Shown here: one piece after another, positions 20,749-32,480 of the stretch
Layout: each line of letters opens with the position of its first letter
How positions within the stretch are numbered: position 1 is the stretch's first letter
NCBI GenBank assembly: GCA_030390025.1
Contig: JASTWF010000360.1
Span: forward strand, 434,001 to 478,227
Length of the DNA stretch: 44,227 nucleotides
From: Squalus acanthias
Lineage: Eukaryota
Reading direction: 5' to 3'
Notes under the pieces: generated by a model
Told to the model about the DNA's origin: nothing
Database searches by the model: none
What the model saw: only the letters and a program-made list of their open reading frames with translations
Translations under genes and position numbers: made by a program

Positions 20749-22369
20749 TGTAAGGGATTCTGACCCTGCGTGTCTCGCAGCCTGTGAGATTCACGCGACT
20801 CTGTGCAGCCTGTATGTCAGTGCGGGTCTAGGCCTTGTTGCCTGTTCTGGTCTCCAGCCAGTCTGGGAACACTAGACACACCTGTGAGTGGTTCGAATCA
20901 CTCGCCCTTACGGTTCTAGACACTGGACTTAGATGCGAGAGCAGTAATGGAGATGAAACTCATGTAGACTCGGTTGAATGGTACGAAATGGAAAATCTTT
21001 ATTGCATGATATTTAAGATTATGAAATACATGTCATAAGCACAGATTAATGACAGTACAATCTTACAAGCAGTTATATAGCTGATCTTAGGGAAACGAGG
21101 AACGAACGACACACCGTAAATAGGGGCACACATTACAGGTATCCTTAATACTTAAACCCTCCCCTATCAATATCTATCCTAACTAGATTCGTAGGATTTC
21201 GAGACTCATGCTCACCACTCGTGATAACTCGGAGAAATTCCGAATAGCTGATCGGATGTTTTTCACCGCAGCACCCACGTGTCGGTCAGGAGATCTCCTG
21301 GTCCCACTTGTTTACTTGCTTCTACTCCGGCTAGCAGGCTGGACCGTCTGCTGTGTTGAAGACCTGTGTTGGTTGGTTTAACAGGTACTTTTCCGAGCAC
21401 AGTTCAGTCAATATCATCGATGTGATATGTTCTTTGCAAGTTCGAAGAAGTCTCCCTGGCAAGGAAAACTTGGCTATTCGACCTACAGGCGCGGTCGGGA
21501 TTTACTGACCGTGGCGATGAATATGGTCTTCCTCTCTTCTCATCTCATCTCATCTCATCTCATCTCGGGCCTTTGGTTCCGCTGCCAGTTACCAACATAG
21601 GTCTTCGTTACGCGACACGAGGTAGATCCGAACGGATCTGAAAGTTCAACAGTCTTTTTCAAAGAGGCACCAGGCAAGCAGGGACCCGACTACGAGTCAA
21701 AACACAGGAGCAGCCACGAGGATAAGCGAAACAAGAGAAAGATGGACGGTTTGGAGCCTGCAATTATAGTGCAAAATCTTCCGTTTCCCGCCCAACCTTA
21801 ATGTCCATTCTTTTGTTAGGGTCTGGCGCTCAAATGTCTTGTATGGGTGATCTCCGTTCTTAATGGGTTTCGGGGCTACTCGTAAATGTCTGAGTACCTG
21901 TTAATATTTCTCCCATTGTTAAATCGGTCGGTGTTCTCCCTGGAGGGGTTGTGGGGCTTCCAAGTGTTTTGTATAACTACCTGCTAACGGCTCTCTCATC
22001 GTAGAGTCGTTGGGATTTTACATATTAATGTCTTTTGGATGGGCCCTTGATTACTCGGTACAATAGCTTTCATTCGTACCTGGGAGACCGATTTCAGTAT
22101 TTATGTGTATACTGCAAACCCATAATGTCTCGTGTATTATCTTCACTGTGCTGAATCTTAATCGATCTTGCACAAATGTTTATTGGAACGCCATCTTGTC
22201 TGCCTGTTGAAAAGTCTAGAATGTTCTGTCACGAGGTGCGGCGGCCATTTTACAGGCTGCTTGTGTCCACTTTAAACCTGGCAGCATTCTGCTGAAATAA
22301 AAGCTGTTTGAACGAAACTCTGTGTTTTCTCCTTATTAAATAAAATCGCGATATATTGCGAATTCTACA
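20749..22369 (-). repeat. 5' LTR of provirus B (1621 bp)
   Basis: Equals 316-897 plus 10257-11293; carries (GAGAT)5. Confidence 0.95.
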
Positions 22370-23265
22370 CCGGTGAAACATGACTGCCATTTACAGGAAC
22401 AGAACGACGTCACCCTGTTGGGAATGGTGTTGTATTATCTCATCCTGCCCGAAAAGGTGGCCCCAAGTCCTCTATTCCGCCTGGAGAACATAGGAAGATC
22501 AGTGAGACTCCTTAGTAAGGTATGACGAACCCCCCCAAAAGTACGTGACCCGAGTGGACGGGACCACATGGGTGGGCCCCAGATCTTACCGGGTGTGCGC
22601 AGGCTCGGCGCACTCATCTGCCCTTGTGACGTGGTAGAACTCGCAGCCCCTGCGTGCGGGTTTGATTGGGATGGGATAGAATGGAAGAGCACCATGAAAG
22701 TGATTGTGGCGCTGCATAATCGAGGGAAGGGTGAATATTGTGTCACCGCCATGAACCGGGAGTACCAGTACGGTAACAACCTGACTTGTCCTGTTGCGAC
22801 GGGAGCTTTTTTATTTTACCCCAGTCCGACCCGTGAGACTTGGGGCGCGGCTTTTATTAAGTATATATTCGCATAGGCAAGTAGATAGCGCTGGAGAAGA
22901 TGAGTTCAAGGAGTAATTACACCAGTACGTGACTCGATTCGGCTGCGACATTCCACCTCTGCCGAGAACACTTGGTAGAGTCAATGAGACGCGTTAGTCA
23001 GTACCAAAAGCACTTTTATACCTTGGCCTAAGAAACTCGTGAACTGCGTATTGCAATCCTTAAGCTCGGGGACGATTCACCCTGATGGGATATCGTTTTG
23101 AGTATCGAGGCTCATCCCTGGATAAGAATTGTCTCCCATTTTTTTGGTCTTTGTTCAGTTGGTGATTGTGTTATATTTACTAACGATAACTTGTCGAGTC
23201 AACAAGAGTGGGTTAAGCTGTTGCAGAAGATGCCGAAGGAAGAAGACAAACTCTACAAGTTGTAA
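22370..23265 (+). pseudogene. env: Degenerate env of older element C, portion 3' of the insertion
   Basis: PVKHDC..LFRLENIG..CGF..GEYCVT..YQYGNNLTCPV..DIPPLP..QKHFYTL..PWIRIVSH aligns with A/B Env (VYRVENIG..GTYCVT..LIPPLP..QKHFYTL..SWIRIASH); several stops and frameshifts. Confidence 0.9.
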
Positions 23266-23312
23266 GTTCCTGTGACCCCTGATTGGGGGGCACAGCCACT
23301 TGAGGGTGGACT

Positions 23313-24083
23313 TGTAAGAATAGGCCACTTGCTGTAACTTGACCAAATTTAATATACCAGCATGCTTCGAGAGGCTGAGAGGTTGGCTCCTGTTGGAAAT
23401 TTGTACAAAAACTGTTCACAGATAAAGGCCTTGGACAGAAACAGAGACTTTCTGCTGAAATGTGGAACAGACTGCTGCTGTTGCAAGATGTAAAGGCTGC
23501 CAGCTGCCTTTTAACAGATAAGGGACACAGACCTCGAGAGTTCTGTGGAGAAGAAGCTATTGAACTGTTAAGCAAAACCAGGAATATCCTCAGACTTTGG
23601 AATGTAACCGGCCTTGCGGCCCACTGACTGACTGACTGACCGCTCATAAGAAGAGAAAAACAACTACTGTCTATTCTTTGTATAATGTTTGGGACACGTA
23701 CGCAGTGGGAGGGTTGCCAGGTTTTAAGGTACAGAAGATGCTGTAAAAAGATACTCGAGGCTGCAGCAGGTCAACCTGGTCAGTTGTCAGAAATCAGACG
23801 TCTAGTCCTCGCCGAATTGACCAATCGCTGGTGTTAGTACCTATGTGGTGTTTTGCTTTTTGTCGCTTGAGCTTAAAGTAAAGGGATAGCCCTGTGTCTG
23901 CTGAAGTATAATCAGGAATTGTGACACGCCGCTTAACTGTCGGCTGCTTGCTTGTAATCTCCTGCTCATTTTTAAGTAAAAGAAGTTTTCGCAGATTCAT
24001 TGGGTTTTTGTGTTGTCTTTTCGACGGGTCTGAACTTTGGAAAATGTTGGACGGGGTGAGGGGCGATTCCCGCACGTCTTACA
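23313..24083 (+). repeat. Putative 3' LTR of older element C (771 bp)
   Basis: Preceded by purine-rich GAGGGTGGACT; termini TGTAAG...CTTACA form a perfect 6-bp inverted repeat; abuts satellite. Partner LTR is outside the window. Confidence 0.75.
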
Positions 24084-24427
24084 AACCTCCTCCAACCCTA
24101 CAACCCTCCCTATCTCTGTAACCTCCTCCAGTCACTACAACCCTCCCTATCTCTGTATCCTCCTCCAGCCCTACAACCCTCCCTATCTCTGTAACCTCCT
24201 CCAGCGCTAGAACTCTCCCTATCTCTATAACGTCATCCAGCCCTACAACCCTCCCTATCTGTGTAACCACCTCCCCCCGCCACCCTACAACCCTCCCTAT
24301 CTCTGTAATCTCCTCCAGCCCCTACAACCCTCCCTATCTCTGTATCCTCCCCCAGCCCCTACAACCCTCCCTATCTCTGTAACCTCCTCCAGCCCCTGCA
24401 ACCCTCCCTATCTCTGTAACCTCCTCC
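24084..24427 (-). repeat. 36/37-bp satellite, left copy (truncated by element C)
   Basis: Unit AACCTCCTCCAGCCC(C)TACAACCCTCCCTATCTCTGT, reverse complement of the 35505-44227 array. Confidence 0.9.
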
Positions 24428-24449
24428 GTGATCTCTGCGCTCCTCTCTG

Positions 24450-25450
24450 CTTTCCCTATTAAAAATTGATCCAATTCCCTTTTGAAAGTTCCTATTGAAT
24501 CTGCTTCCACCGTCCTTTCAGGCAGCGCATTCCAGATCACAACAACTCGCTGCATCAGAAAAGTTCTAATTTTCCGCCTTGGCTTTGCTGCCGGTTGTCT
24601 TAAATCTGTTGTCCTCTGGTTATCGACCCTCCTGCCACTGGAAACAGTTTCTCCTTATTCACTCTGTCAAAACCCTTACCATTTTGAACACCTCGATTAA
24701 ATCTCCCCCAAACCTCCTCTGCTCTCAGGAGAACAATCCCAGTTTCTCCAGAGAAACATAGAAGATAGGAGCAGGAGTAGGCCATTCGGCCCCTCGAGCC
24801 TGCTCCGCCATTCGATGTGATCATGGCTGATCATCCAAACTCAGTACCCTGTCCCTGCTTTCTCCCCATATCCCTTGATCCCTTTAGCCTTAAGAAAGAT
24901 ATCTAACTCATTCTTGAATATATTTAATGACTTGGCCTCAACTACCTTCTGTGGTAGAGAATTCCACAGGTTCACCACTCTCTGGGTGAAGAAATTCTTC
25001 CTCATTTCTGTCCTAAATGGCTTACCCTTTATCCTTAGACTGTGACCCCTGGTTCTGGACTTTCCGACCATCGGGAACATCCTTCCTGCATCTAGTTTGT
25101 CCTGTCATGTCAGAATTTTATATGTTTCAATGAGATCCCCTCTCATTCTTCTAAACTCCAGCGAGTATAAGCCCAATCGACCCAATCTCTCCTCATACGT
25201 CATTCCTGCCATCCCAGGTATCAGCCTTGTGAATCTTCGCTGAACTCCTTCCATGACAAGAACATCCTTCCTCAGATAAGGCGACCAAAACTGCACACAT
25301 GTAACTGAAGTCCCTCATCCCCTGGTACCATTCTGGTCAATCTCCTCCTTAACCCTCTCCAAGGCCTTGACGCCCTTCCGAAAGTGCGGTGCCCAGAATT
25401 GGCCGCAATACTCCAGCTGAGGCCGGGCCAGTGTTTTATAAAGGGGTTTA
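24450..25450 (-). mobile_element. Nested CR1-type LINE 3' fragments (younger 24754-25298 inside an older one)
   Basis: ORF2 C-terminal motifs LYKTLARPQLEYCGQFW, QFWSPYLRKD..LEFRRMRGDLIETYKI, TRGHSLRI..FFTQRVVNLWNSLP; 3' tail GGCTCGAGGGGCCGAATGGCCTACTCCTGCTCC. Confidence 0.88.
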
Positions 25451-25599
25451 ACACAGGATGTTATACACAGCAAGCTGCACCAAATCACCTGTCCTTGGGC
25501 GGGACACCAAAAAAAAATTCCTTCAAAGTTGCGAAGCGAATGAGTGAGTGGGACACAAACCTGGTCAAGCTCAGAAAGGGATGACCCCACCCGTGACCT

Positions 25600-26115
25600 C
25601 CAGACTTGACCATCCATCGTCTGCGGCTCAAAATGGCGGCTCAGCAGCCACGTGGGCAGCCGCGCCTCCCCGGGGGCCGCCTCAGCCAATCAGCGCATCG
25701 AACCGAAAAAAAAACCCCAAGGCCGGCTCCCACTGCGGCCAATCAGAGGGGCGGATCAGAGCCGTAGCCGCGCCCCCCTCTCCCTCTCCCTCTCCCCCCC
25801 CCAAATCCCTCCCGACGGTTGGTCCGCGAAGGCGCACGCGGAGCTGACACCGCCGGGACAGGGCGCCCGCTGGCACAGCCAATCGGAGCAGGCACCTGTG
25901 TGCGGGCTTTTTCTTTTCTTTTTCCCCCAAACCGTCAGAGAGGCGGCGAGGCCCTTTTCTGAATGGAGAGCGCGGGAGGAGCGGAGAGAGCCAATCGCTG
26001 GTCGGCTGCGCTTTCCCAATGGGTCCGCGCGGCACCGCCACAGCCAATGAGACGTCGCGCGGCCTCGGATTGTCGGGGTCGCGAGAGCCGGCTCAACAAA
26101 TCGCACGGTCTCCCC
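25600..26115. promoter_or_regulatory. CpG-island promoter-like segment, left copy
   Basis: CpG rich; CCAAT at 25686, 25739, 25879, 25991, 26016, 26044; YY1-type AAAATGGCGGC near 25630; CACGTG at 25649; GC box near 25747; TCGCGAGA near 26079. Confidence 0.65.
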
Positions 26116-27745
26116 GTTAACCCCGCCTCCTAACACTGACAACCCCGCCCCCTAACTGACCCCGCCCCCTAACACTGACAACCCCGCCCCCTCTCACTGA
26201 TAAACCCACCCCTAAAACTGACAACCCCGCCCCTCACTGATAACCCCGCCCCCTAAAATTGACAACCCCGCCCCACTCACTGATAACCCCGCCCCCTAAC
26301 TAACCCCGCCCCTCTCACTGACAACCCCGCCTCCTAAAACTGATAACCCCGCCCCTCTCACTGATAACCCCGCCTCCTAAAACTGACAACCCCGCCCCTC
26401 ACTGATAACCCCGCACCTAAAACTGACAACACCGCCCCCTAACACTGAAAATCCGCCCCTCACTGATAACCCTGCCCCCTAAAACTGACAACCCCGCCTC
26501 TCTCACTGATAACCCCGCCCGTCACTGAAAACCCTGCCCCTAACTCTGATAAACCCGCCCCTAACACTGAAAACCCGCCCCGCTCACTGATAACCCCACC
26601 CCTCTCACTGATAACCCCGCCCCCTAAAACTGACAACCCCGCCCTTCTCACTGAAAACCCCGCCCCTAACACTGAAAACCCCACCCGTAACACTGAAAAT
26701 CTGCCCCTCACTGATAACCCCCGCCCCCAACACTGATAACCCCACCCCCTAACACTGATAACCCCGCACCTCACTGATAACCCCACCCCAACACTGATAA
26801 CCCCGCCCCCTAACACTGATAACCCCACACCTCTCACTGATAACCCCGCCCCCTAACACTGATAACCCCACACCTCTCACTGATAACCCCGCCCCCTAAC
26901 ACTGATAACCCCACACCTCTGACTGATAACACTACCCCTAACACTGATAACTCCGCCCCTAACACTGAAAATCTGACCCTCACTGATAACCCCGCCCCTT
27001 AACACTGATAACCCCGCCCCTAACATTGAAAAGCCCGCCCCTCTCACTGATAACCCTGCCCCTAACACTGAAAACCCCGCCCCTCTCACTGACAACCCCG
27101 CCCCTCTCACTGATAAACCCGGCCCTAACACTGATAACCATGCCCCTAACACTGATAACCCTGCCCCTCTGACGGATAACCCCACCCCCTCTCACTGATA
27201 ACCCCGCCCCCTAACACTGATAACCCCACACCTCTCACTGATAACCCCGCCCCCTAACACTGATAACCCCACACCTCTGACTGATAACACTACCCCTAAC
27301 ACTGATAACTCCGCCCCTAACACTGAAAATCTGACCCTCACTGATAACCCCGCCCCTTAACACTGATAACCCCGCCCCTAACATTGAAAAGCCCGCCCCT
27401 CTCACTGATAACCCTGCCCCTAACACTGAAAACCCCGCCCCTCTCACTGACAACCCCGCCCCTCTCACTGATAAACCCGGCCCTAACACTGATAACCCTG
27501 CCCCTAACACTGATAACCCTGCCCCTCTGACGGATAACCCCACCCCCTCTCACTGATAACCTCGCCCCCTAACACAGATAACCCCGCCCCATAACACTGA
27601 TAACCCTGCCCCTAACACTGATAACCCCGCCCATCTCACTGATAACCCCGCCCCTCTCACTGTTAAGCCTGCCTCACTCACTGATAACCCCGCTCCACTC
27701 ACTGATAAACCCGCCCCTCTCATTGATAAACTCACCCCCTCACAG
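26116..27745. repeat. ~21-bp minisatellite ACTGATAACCCCGCCCCT(CTC/AAC), left copy
   Basis: Visible tandem units; internal 358-bp duplication (near-identical ORFs at 26877 and 27235). Confidence 0.92.
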
Positions 27746-27809
27746 TTACCCCGACGCCTCCCTCCGTTAACCCTTTCCCCTGCCTCCGTTAACCCCTTCC
27801 TCCCCCTCA

Positions 27810-28860
27810 GACAGTGCAGGCTCCCTCAGTACTGACCCTCCGACAGTGCAGCACTCCCTCAGTACTGACCCTCCGACAGTGCAGCGCTCCCTCAGTTCTG
27901 CCCCTCCGACAGTGCAGCGCTCCCTCAGTTCAGCCCCGACTGACAGAGCAGCTCTCCCTCAGTACTGCCCCTCCGACAGTGCGGCGCTCCCTCAGTACTG
28001 ACCCTCCGACAGTGCAACGCTCCCTCAGTACTGCCCCTCCGACAGTGCGGCGCTCCCTCAGTACTGCCCCTCTGACAGTGCAGCGCTCCCTCAGTACTGC
28101 CCCTCCGACAGTGCAGCATTCCCTCAGTACTGCCCCTCCGACAGTGCAGCACTCCCTCAGTACTGCCCCTCCGACAGTGCAGCTCTCCCTCAGTACTGCC
28201 CCTCCGACAGTCCAGCGCTCCATCAGTACTGCCCCCCCAACAGCGCAGCGCTCCCTCAGTACTGCCTCTCCGACAGTGCAGCGCTCCCTCAGTACTGTCC
28301 CTCCGACAGTGCAGCGCTCCCTCAGTACTGCCCCTCCGACAGTGCAACATTCCCTCAGTACTGCCCCTCCGACAGTGCAGCGCTCCCTTAGTACTGCCCC
28401 TCCGACAGAGCAGCTCTCCCTCAGTACTGCCCCTCCGACAGTGCAGCGCTCCCTCGGTACTGCCCCTCTGACAGTGCAGCACTCCCTCAGTACAGCCCCT
28501 CCGACAGTGCAGCGCTCCCTCAGTACTGCTCCTCCGACAGTGCAGTGCTCCCTCAGTACTGCCCCCCAACAGCGCAGCGCTCACTCAGTACTGCCCCTCC
28601 GACAGTGCAGCGCTGACTCAGTACTGCCCCCCAACAGCGCAGCGCTCCCTCAGTACTGGCCCTCCAACAGTGCAGCGCTCCCTCAGTACTGCCCCTCCGA
28701 CAGTGCAGTGCTCCCTCAGTACTGCCCCCCAACAGCGCAGCGCTCACTCAGTACTGCCCCTCCGACAGTGCTGCGCTCCCTCAGTACTGCCCCTCCAACA
28801 GTGCAGCGCTCCCTCAGTACTGCCCCTCCGACAGTGCAGCGCTCCATCAGCTCTGCACCG
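27810..28860 (-). repeat. 33-bp satellite ACAGTGCAGCGCTCCCTCAGTACTGCCCCTCCG, left copy
   Basis: Tandem units giving an 11-aa periodic translation (STAPPTVQRSL). Confidence 0.92.
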
Positions 28861-28963
28861 GAGTGTCAGCCATAGATTTTTGTGCTCGGGTCTCTGGAGT
28901 GGGACTCGAACCCACAACCTTCTGACTCGGATGCGAGGGTGCCACCCACTGAGCCAGGGCTGA
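28860..28963 (-). mobile_element. tRNA-derived SINE head
   Basis: Minus strand has A box TGGCTCAGTGG and B box GGTTCGAGTCC, running directly into the 33-bp array. Confidence 0.8.
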
Positions 28964-28974
28964 TAGAAGAATAA

Positions 28975-29180
28975 ACAAAGATTTAACACTGAGCCACACA
29001 AGGAGATAGTAGGACAAGCGACCAAAAGTCAAAGAGGCAGGTTTTAAAGAGCGTCTTAAAGTAGGAGAGAGAGAGGTTTAGGGAGGGAGTTCCAGAACTT
29101 GGGGCCCAGGAGGCTGAAGGCACGGCCGCCAATGGTGCAGCGATGGAAATCAGGGGATGTGCAAGAGACCAGATTTGGAT
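28975..29180 (-). mobile_element. L2-like LINE 3' fragment
   Basis: Minus strand CCTTCAGCCTCCTGGGCCCCAAGTTCTGGAACTCCCTCCC..TTTAAGACGCTCTTTAAAACCTGCCTCTTTGAC reads as an L2-like ORF2 end (..LWNSLP..FKTLFKTCLFD). Confidence 0.6.
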
Positions 29181-29224
29181 GATTGTAGATATCACACAAT
29201 TATTTTTAACACCCCAATGATTAA

Positions 29225-32200
29225 TAGGCTTGAGGTGCTGAATGGCCTCCTCCTGTTCCCGTGTAACAGGCTCGAGGGGCTGAATGGCCTCCTCCTGTTC
29301 CTGTGTAAGCGGCTCGAGGGGCTGAATGAGCCTCCTCCTGTTCCTGTGTAACAGGCTCGAGGGGCTGAATGGCCTCCTCCTGTTCCTGTGTAAGAGGCTC
29401 GAGGGGCTGAATGGCCTCCTCCTGTTCCTGTGTAAGCGGCTCGAGGGGGCTGAATGACCTCCTCCTGTTCCTGTGTAAGAGGCTCGAGGGGCTGAATGGC
29501 CTCCTCCTGTTCCTGTGTAACAGGCTTGAGGGGCTGAATGGCCTCCTCCTGCTTCTGTGTAACAGCCTTGAGGGCTGAATGGCTCCCTCCTGTTCATCGA
29601 ATCATAGAAAGTTACAGCATGGCAACAGCATTGTAAATCTCCTCTGTACCCTCTCTAGTGCAACATATCTTTCCAGTAATGTGATGACCAGAACTGCACG
29701 CAGTACTCTAGCTGAGGCCTAACTAGTGTTTTATACAGTTGAAGCATAACCCCCTGCTCTTGTATTCTATGCCACAGCTAGTAAAGGCAAGCATTCCGTA
29801 TGCCTTCTTAACCACCTTATCTACCTGGCCTGCTTCCTTCAGGGATCTGTGGACATGCACTCCAAGGTCCCTTTGTTCCTCTACACTACTCAGTGTCCAA
29901 CCATTTAATGTGTATTCCCTTTCCTTGTCAGCCCTCCCAAAATGCATTACCTCACACTTCTCCAGATTGAATTCCATTTGCCACTGTTCTGCCCACCTGA
30001 CCAATTTATCTTCCTGCAGTCTACAGCTTCCTTCTTCATTATCAACCACACAGCCGATTTTAGTATCATCTGCAAACTTCTTAATCATACCCCCGATATT
30101 CAAGTCTAGATCATTGATATATACCAGAAAAATCAAGGGACCAAGTACTGAGCACTGCGGAACCCCACTGGAAACAGCCTTCCAGTCACAAAAACACCCA
30201 TCAACCATTACCCTCTGCTTCCTGCCTCCGAGCCAGTTTTGAATCCAACTTGACACTTCGCCCTGGATCCCATGGGCTTTTAACTTCGTGACCAGTCTGC
30301 CATGTGGAACCTTATCAAAAGCCTTGCTGTTCCTGTGTAACAGTCTCAAGGGGCTGAATGTCCTCCTCCTGTTCCTGTGTAACAGGCTCAAGGGGGCTGT
30401 ATGGGCTCCTCCTGTTCCTGTCTAACAGGCTCGAGGGGCTGAATGGCCACCTCCTGTTCCTAATGCAACAGGCTCGAGGGTCTGAATAGCCTCCTCCTGT
30501 TACTGTGTAACAGGATCGAGAGAGCTGAATGGCTTCCTCCTGTTCCTGTTTAACATGCTCGAGGGGCTGAATGGCCTCATCCTGTTCCTGTGTAACAGGC
30601 TCAAGGGGCTGAATGGCCTCCTCCGGTTCCCGTGTGACAGGATCGAGGGGCTGAATGGCCTCCTCCTGTTCCCGTGTAACAGGCTTGAGTGGCTGAATGG
30701 CCTCCTCCTGTTCCTGTATATCTGGCTTGAGGAGCTTAATGGCCTCCACCTGTACCCGTGTAACAGACTCGAGGGGCTGAATGGCCTCCTCTTGTTACTG
30801 TGTAACAGGCTGGAGGGGCTAATGGCCTCCTCCTGTTCCTGTGTAACAGGCACGATGGGGCTGAATGGCCTCCTGCTGTTCCTGTGTAACAGGCTCGAGG
30901 GGGCTGAATGGCCTCCTCCTGTTCCTGTGTAACAGGCTCGAGGGGCTGAATGGCCACCTCCTGTTCCTCTGTAACAAGCTCGAGGGGGTTGAATGGCCTC
31001 CTCCTGTTCCTGTGCAGCAGGCTCGATGGGGCTGAATGGCCTCCTCCTGTTCCTGTGTAACAGGCTCAAGGGGCTGAATGGCCTCCTCCGGTTCCCGTGT
31101 GACATAATCGAGGGGCTGAATGGCCTCCTCCTGTTCCTCTGTAACAAGCTCGAGGGGGTTGAATGGCCTCCTCCTGTTCCTGTGCAGCAGGCTCGATGGG
31201 GCTGAATGGCCTCCTCCTGTTCCTGTGTAACAGGCTCAAGGGGCTGAATGGCCTCCTCCGGTTCCCGTGTGACAGGATCGAGGGGCTGAATGGCCTCCTC
31301 CTGTTCCCGTGTAACAGGCTTGAGTGGCTGAATGGCCTCCTCCTGTTCCTGTATATCTGGCTTGAGGAGCTTAATGGCCTCCACCTGTACCCGTGTAACA
31401 GGCTCAAGGGCGCTGAATGGCCTCCTCTTGTTACTATGTAACAGGCACGATGGTGCTGAATGGCCTCCTGCTGTTCCTGTGTAACAGGTTTGAGGGGCTG
31501 AATGGCCTCCTCCTGTTCCTGTGTAACAGGCTCGAGGGGGTTGAATGGCCTCCTCCTGTTCCTGTGCAGCAGGCTCGATGGGGCTGAATGGCCTCCTCCT
31601 GTTGCTGTGTAACAGGCTCGAGAGGACTGAATGGCCTCCTCCTGTTCCTGTGTAACAGGCTCGAGGGGCTGAATGGCCTCCTCCTGTTCCTGTGTAACAG
31701 GCTCGAGGGGCTGAATGGCCTCCTCCTGTTCCTGTGTAACAGGCTCGAGGGGCTGAATGGCCTCCTCCTGTTCCTGTGTAACAAGCTTGAGGGGGCTGAA
31801 TGGCCACCTCCTGTTCCTGTGTAACAAGCTCGAGGGGCTGAATGGCCTCCTCCTGTTCCTGTGTAACAGGCTCGAGGGGCTGAATGGCCTCCTCCGGTTC
31901 CTGTGTAACAGGTTTGAGGGGCTGAATGGCCACCTCCTGTTCCTGTGTAACAGGCTCGAGGGGCTGAATGGCCTCCTCCTGTTCCTGTGTAACAAGCTCG
32001 AGGGGCTGAATGGCCTCCTCCTGTTCCTGTGTAACAGGCTCGAGGGGCTGAATGGCCTCCTCCTGTTCCTGTGTAACAGGCTCGAGGGGCTGAATGGCCT
32101 CCTGCTGTTCCTGTGTAACAGACTCGAGGGGCTGAATGGCCACCTCCTGTTCCTGTGTAACAGGCTCGAGGGGCTGAATGGCCTCCTCCTGTTGCTGTGT
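29225..32200 (+). repeat. 42-bp satellite CCTGTTCCTGTGTAACAGGCTCGAGGGGCTGAATGGCCTCCT, interrupted by a CR1 fragment
   Basis: Tandem units at 29225-29595 and 30326-32200; 14-aa periodic translation EPVTQEQEEAIQPL. Confidence 0.92.
29596..30325 (-). mobile_element. CR1-type LINE reverse-transcriptase fragment
   Basis: SKAFDKVPHGRL..SGVPQCSVLGP..YINDLD..KFADDTKIG..WQMEFNLEKC motifs. Confidence 0.9.
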
Positions 32201-32201
32201 A

Positions 32202-32345
32202 AAAACCTGCCTCTTTGACCCTCGCTTGTCCTAAGATCTCCCTGTGTGGCTCAGTGCAAAATCTTGTTTGATAATTGCTCCTGTGTCGCGCCTTGGCACG
32301 TTTATAATTACGTTCAAGGCGGGGTATACATGTAGGTTGTTGTTA
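32202..32345 (+). mobile_element. L2-like 3' tail fragment, inner end of right arm
   Basis: Inverted counterpart of 28975-29045, extended by a GTTGTTGTT-type tail. Confidence 0.55.
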
Positions 32346-32367
32346 TTGGTCCAAGTTCATTCTTCTA

Positions 32368-32480
32368 TCAGCCCTGGCTCAGTGGGCGGCACTCTCGCCG
32401 CTGAGTCAGAAGGTTGTGGGTTCGAGTCCAACTCCAGAGACTTGTGCACAAAAATCTGTGGCTGACACTACGGTGCAGTG
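32368..32480 (+). mobile_element. tRNA-derived SINE head, right copy
   Basis: TGGCTCAGTGG and GGTTCGAGTCC boxes; inverted copy of 28860-28963. Confidence 0.8.

Larger units (their letters stand above)
316..22369 (-). mobile_element. Provirus B: near-complete endogenous retrovirus-like LTR element (lokiretrovirus-like), LTR-PBS-gag-pol-env-PPT-LTR
   Basis: TGTA...TACA termini; CCGG target-site duplication at 312-315 and 22370-22373, whose removal restores the old env reading TAC CCG GTG AAA; gag, pol and env ORFs on the minus strand. Confidence 0.95.

Noticed and set aside
29225..32200. CRISPR-like regular repeats
   Set aside because: Head-to-tail units with no unique spacers, no cas genes, and eukaryotic context.
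32368..32450. Functional tRNA gene
   Set aside because: Has A and B boxes but no clear acceptor stem, and continues into SINE body and satellite.
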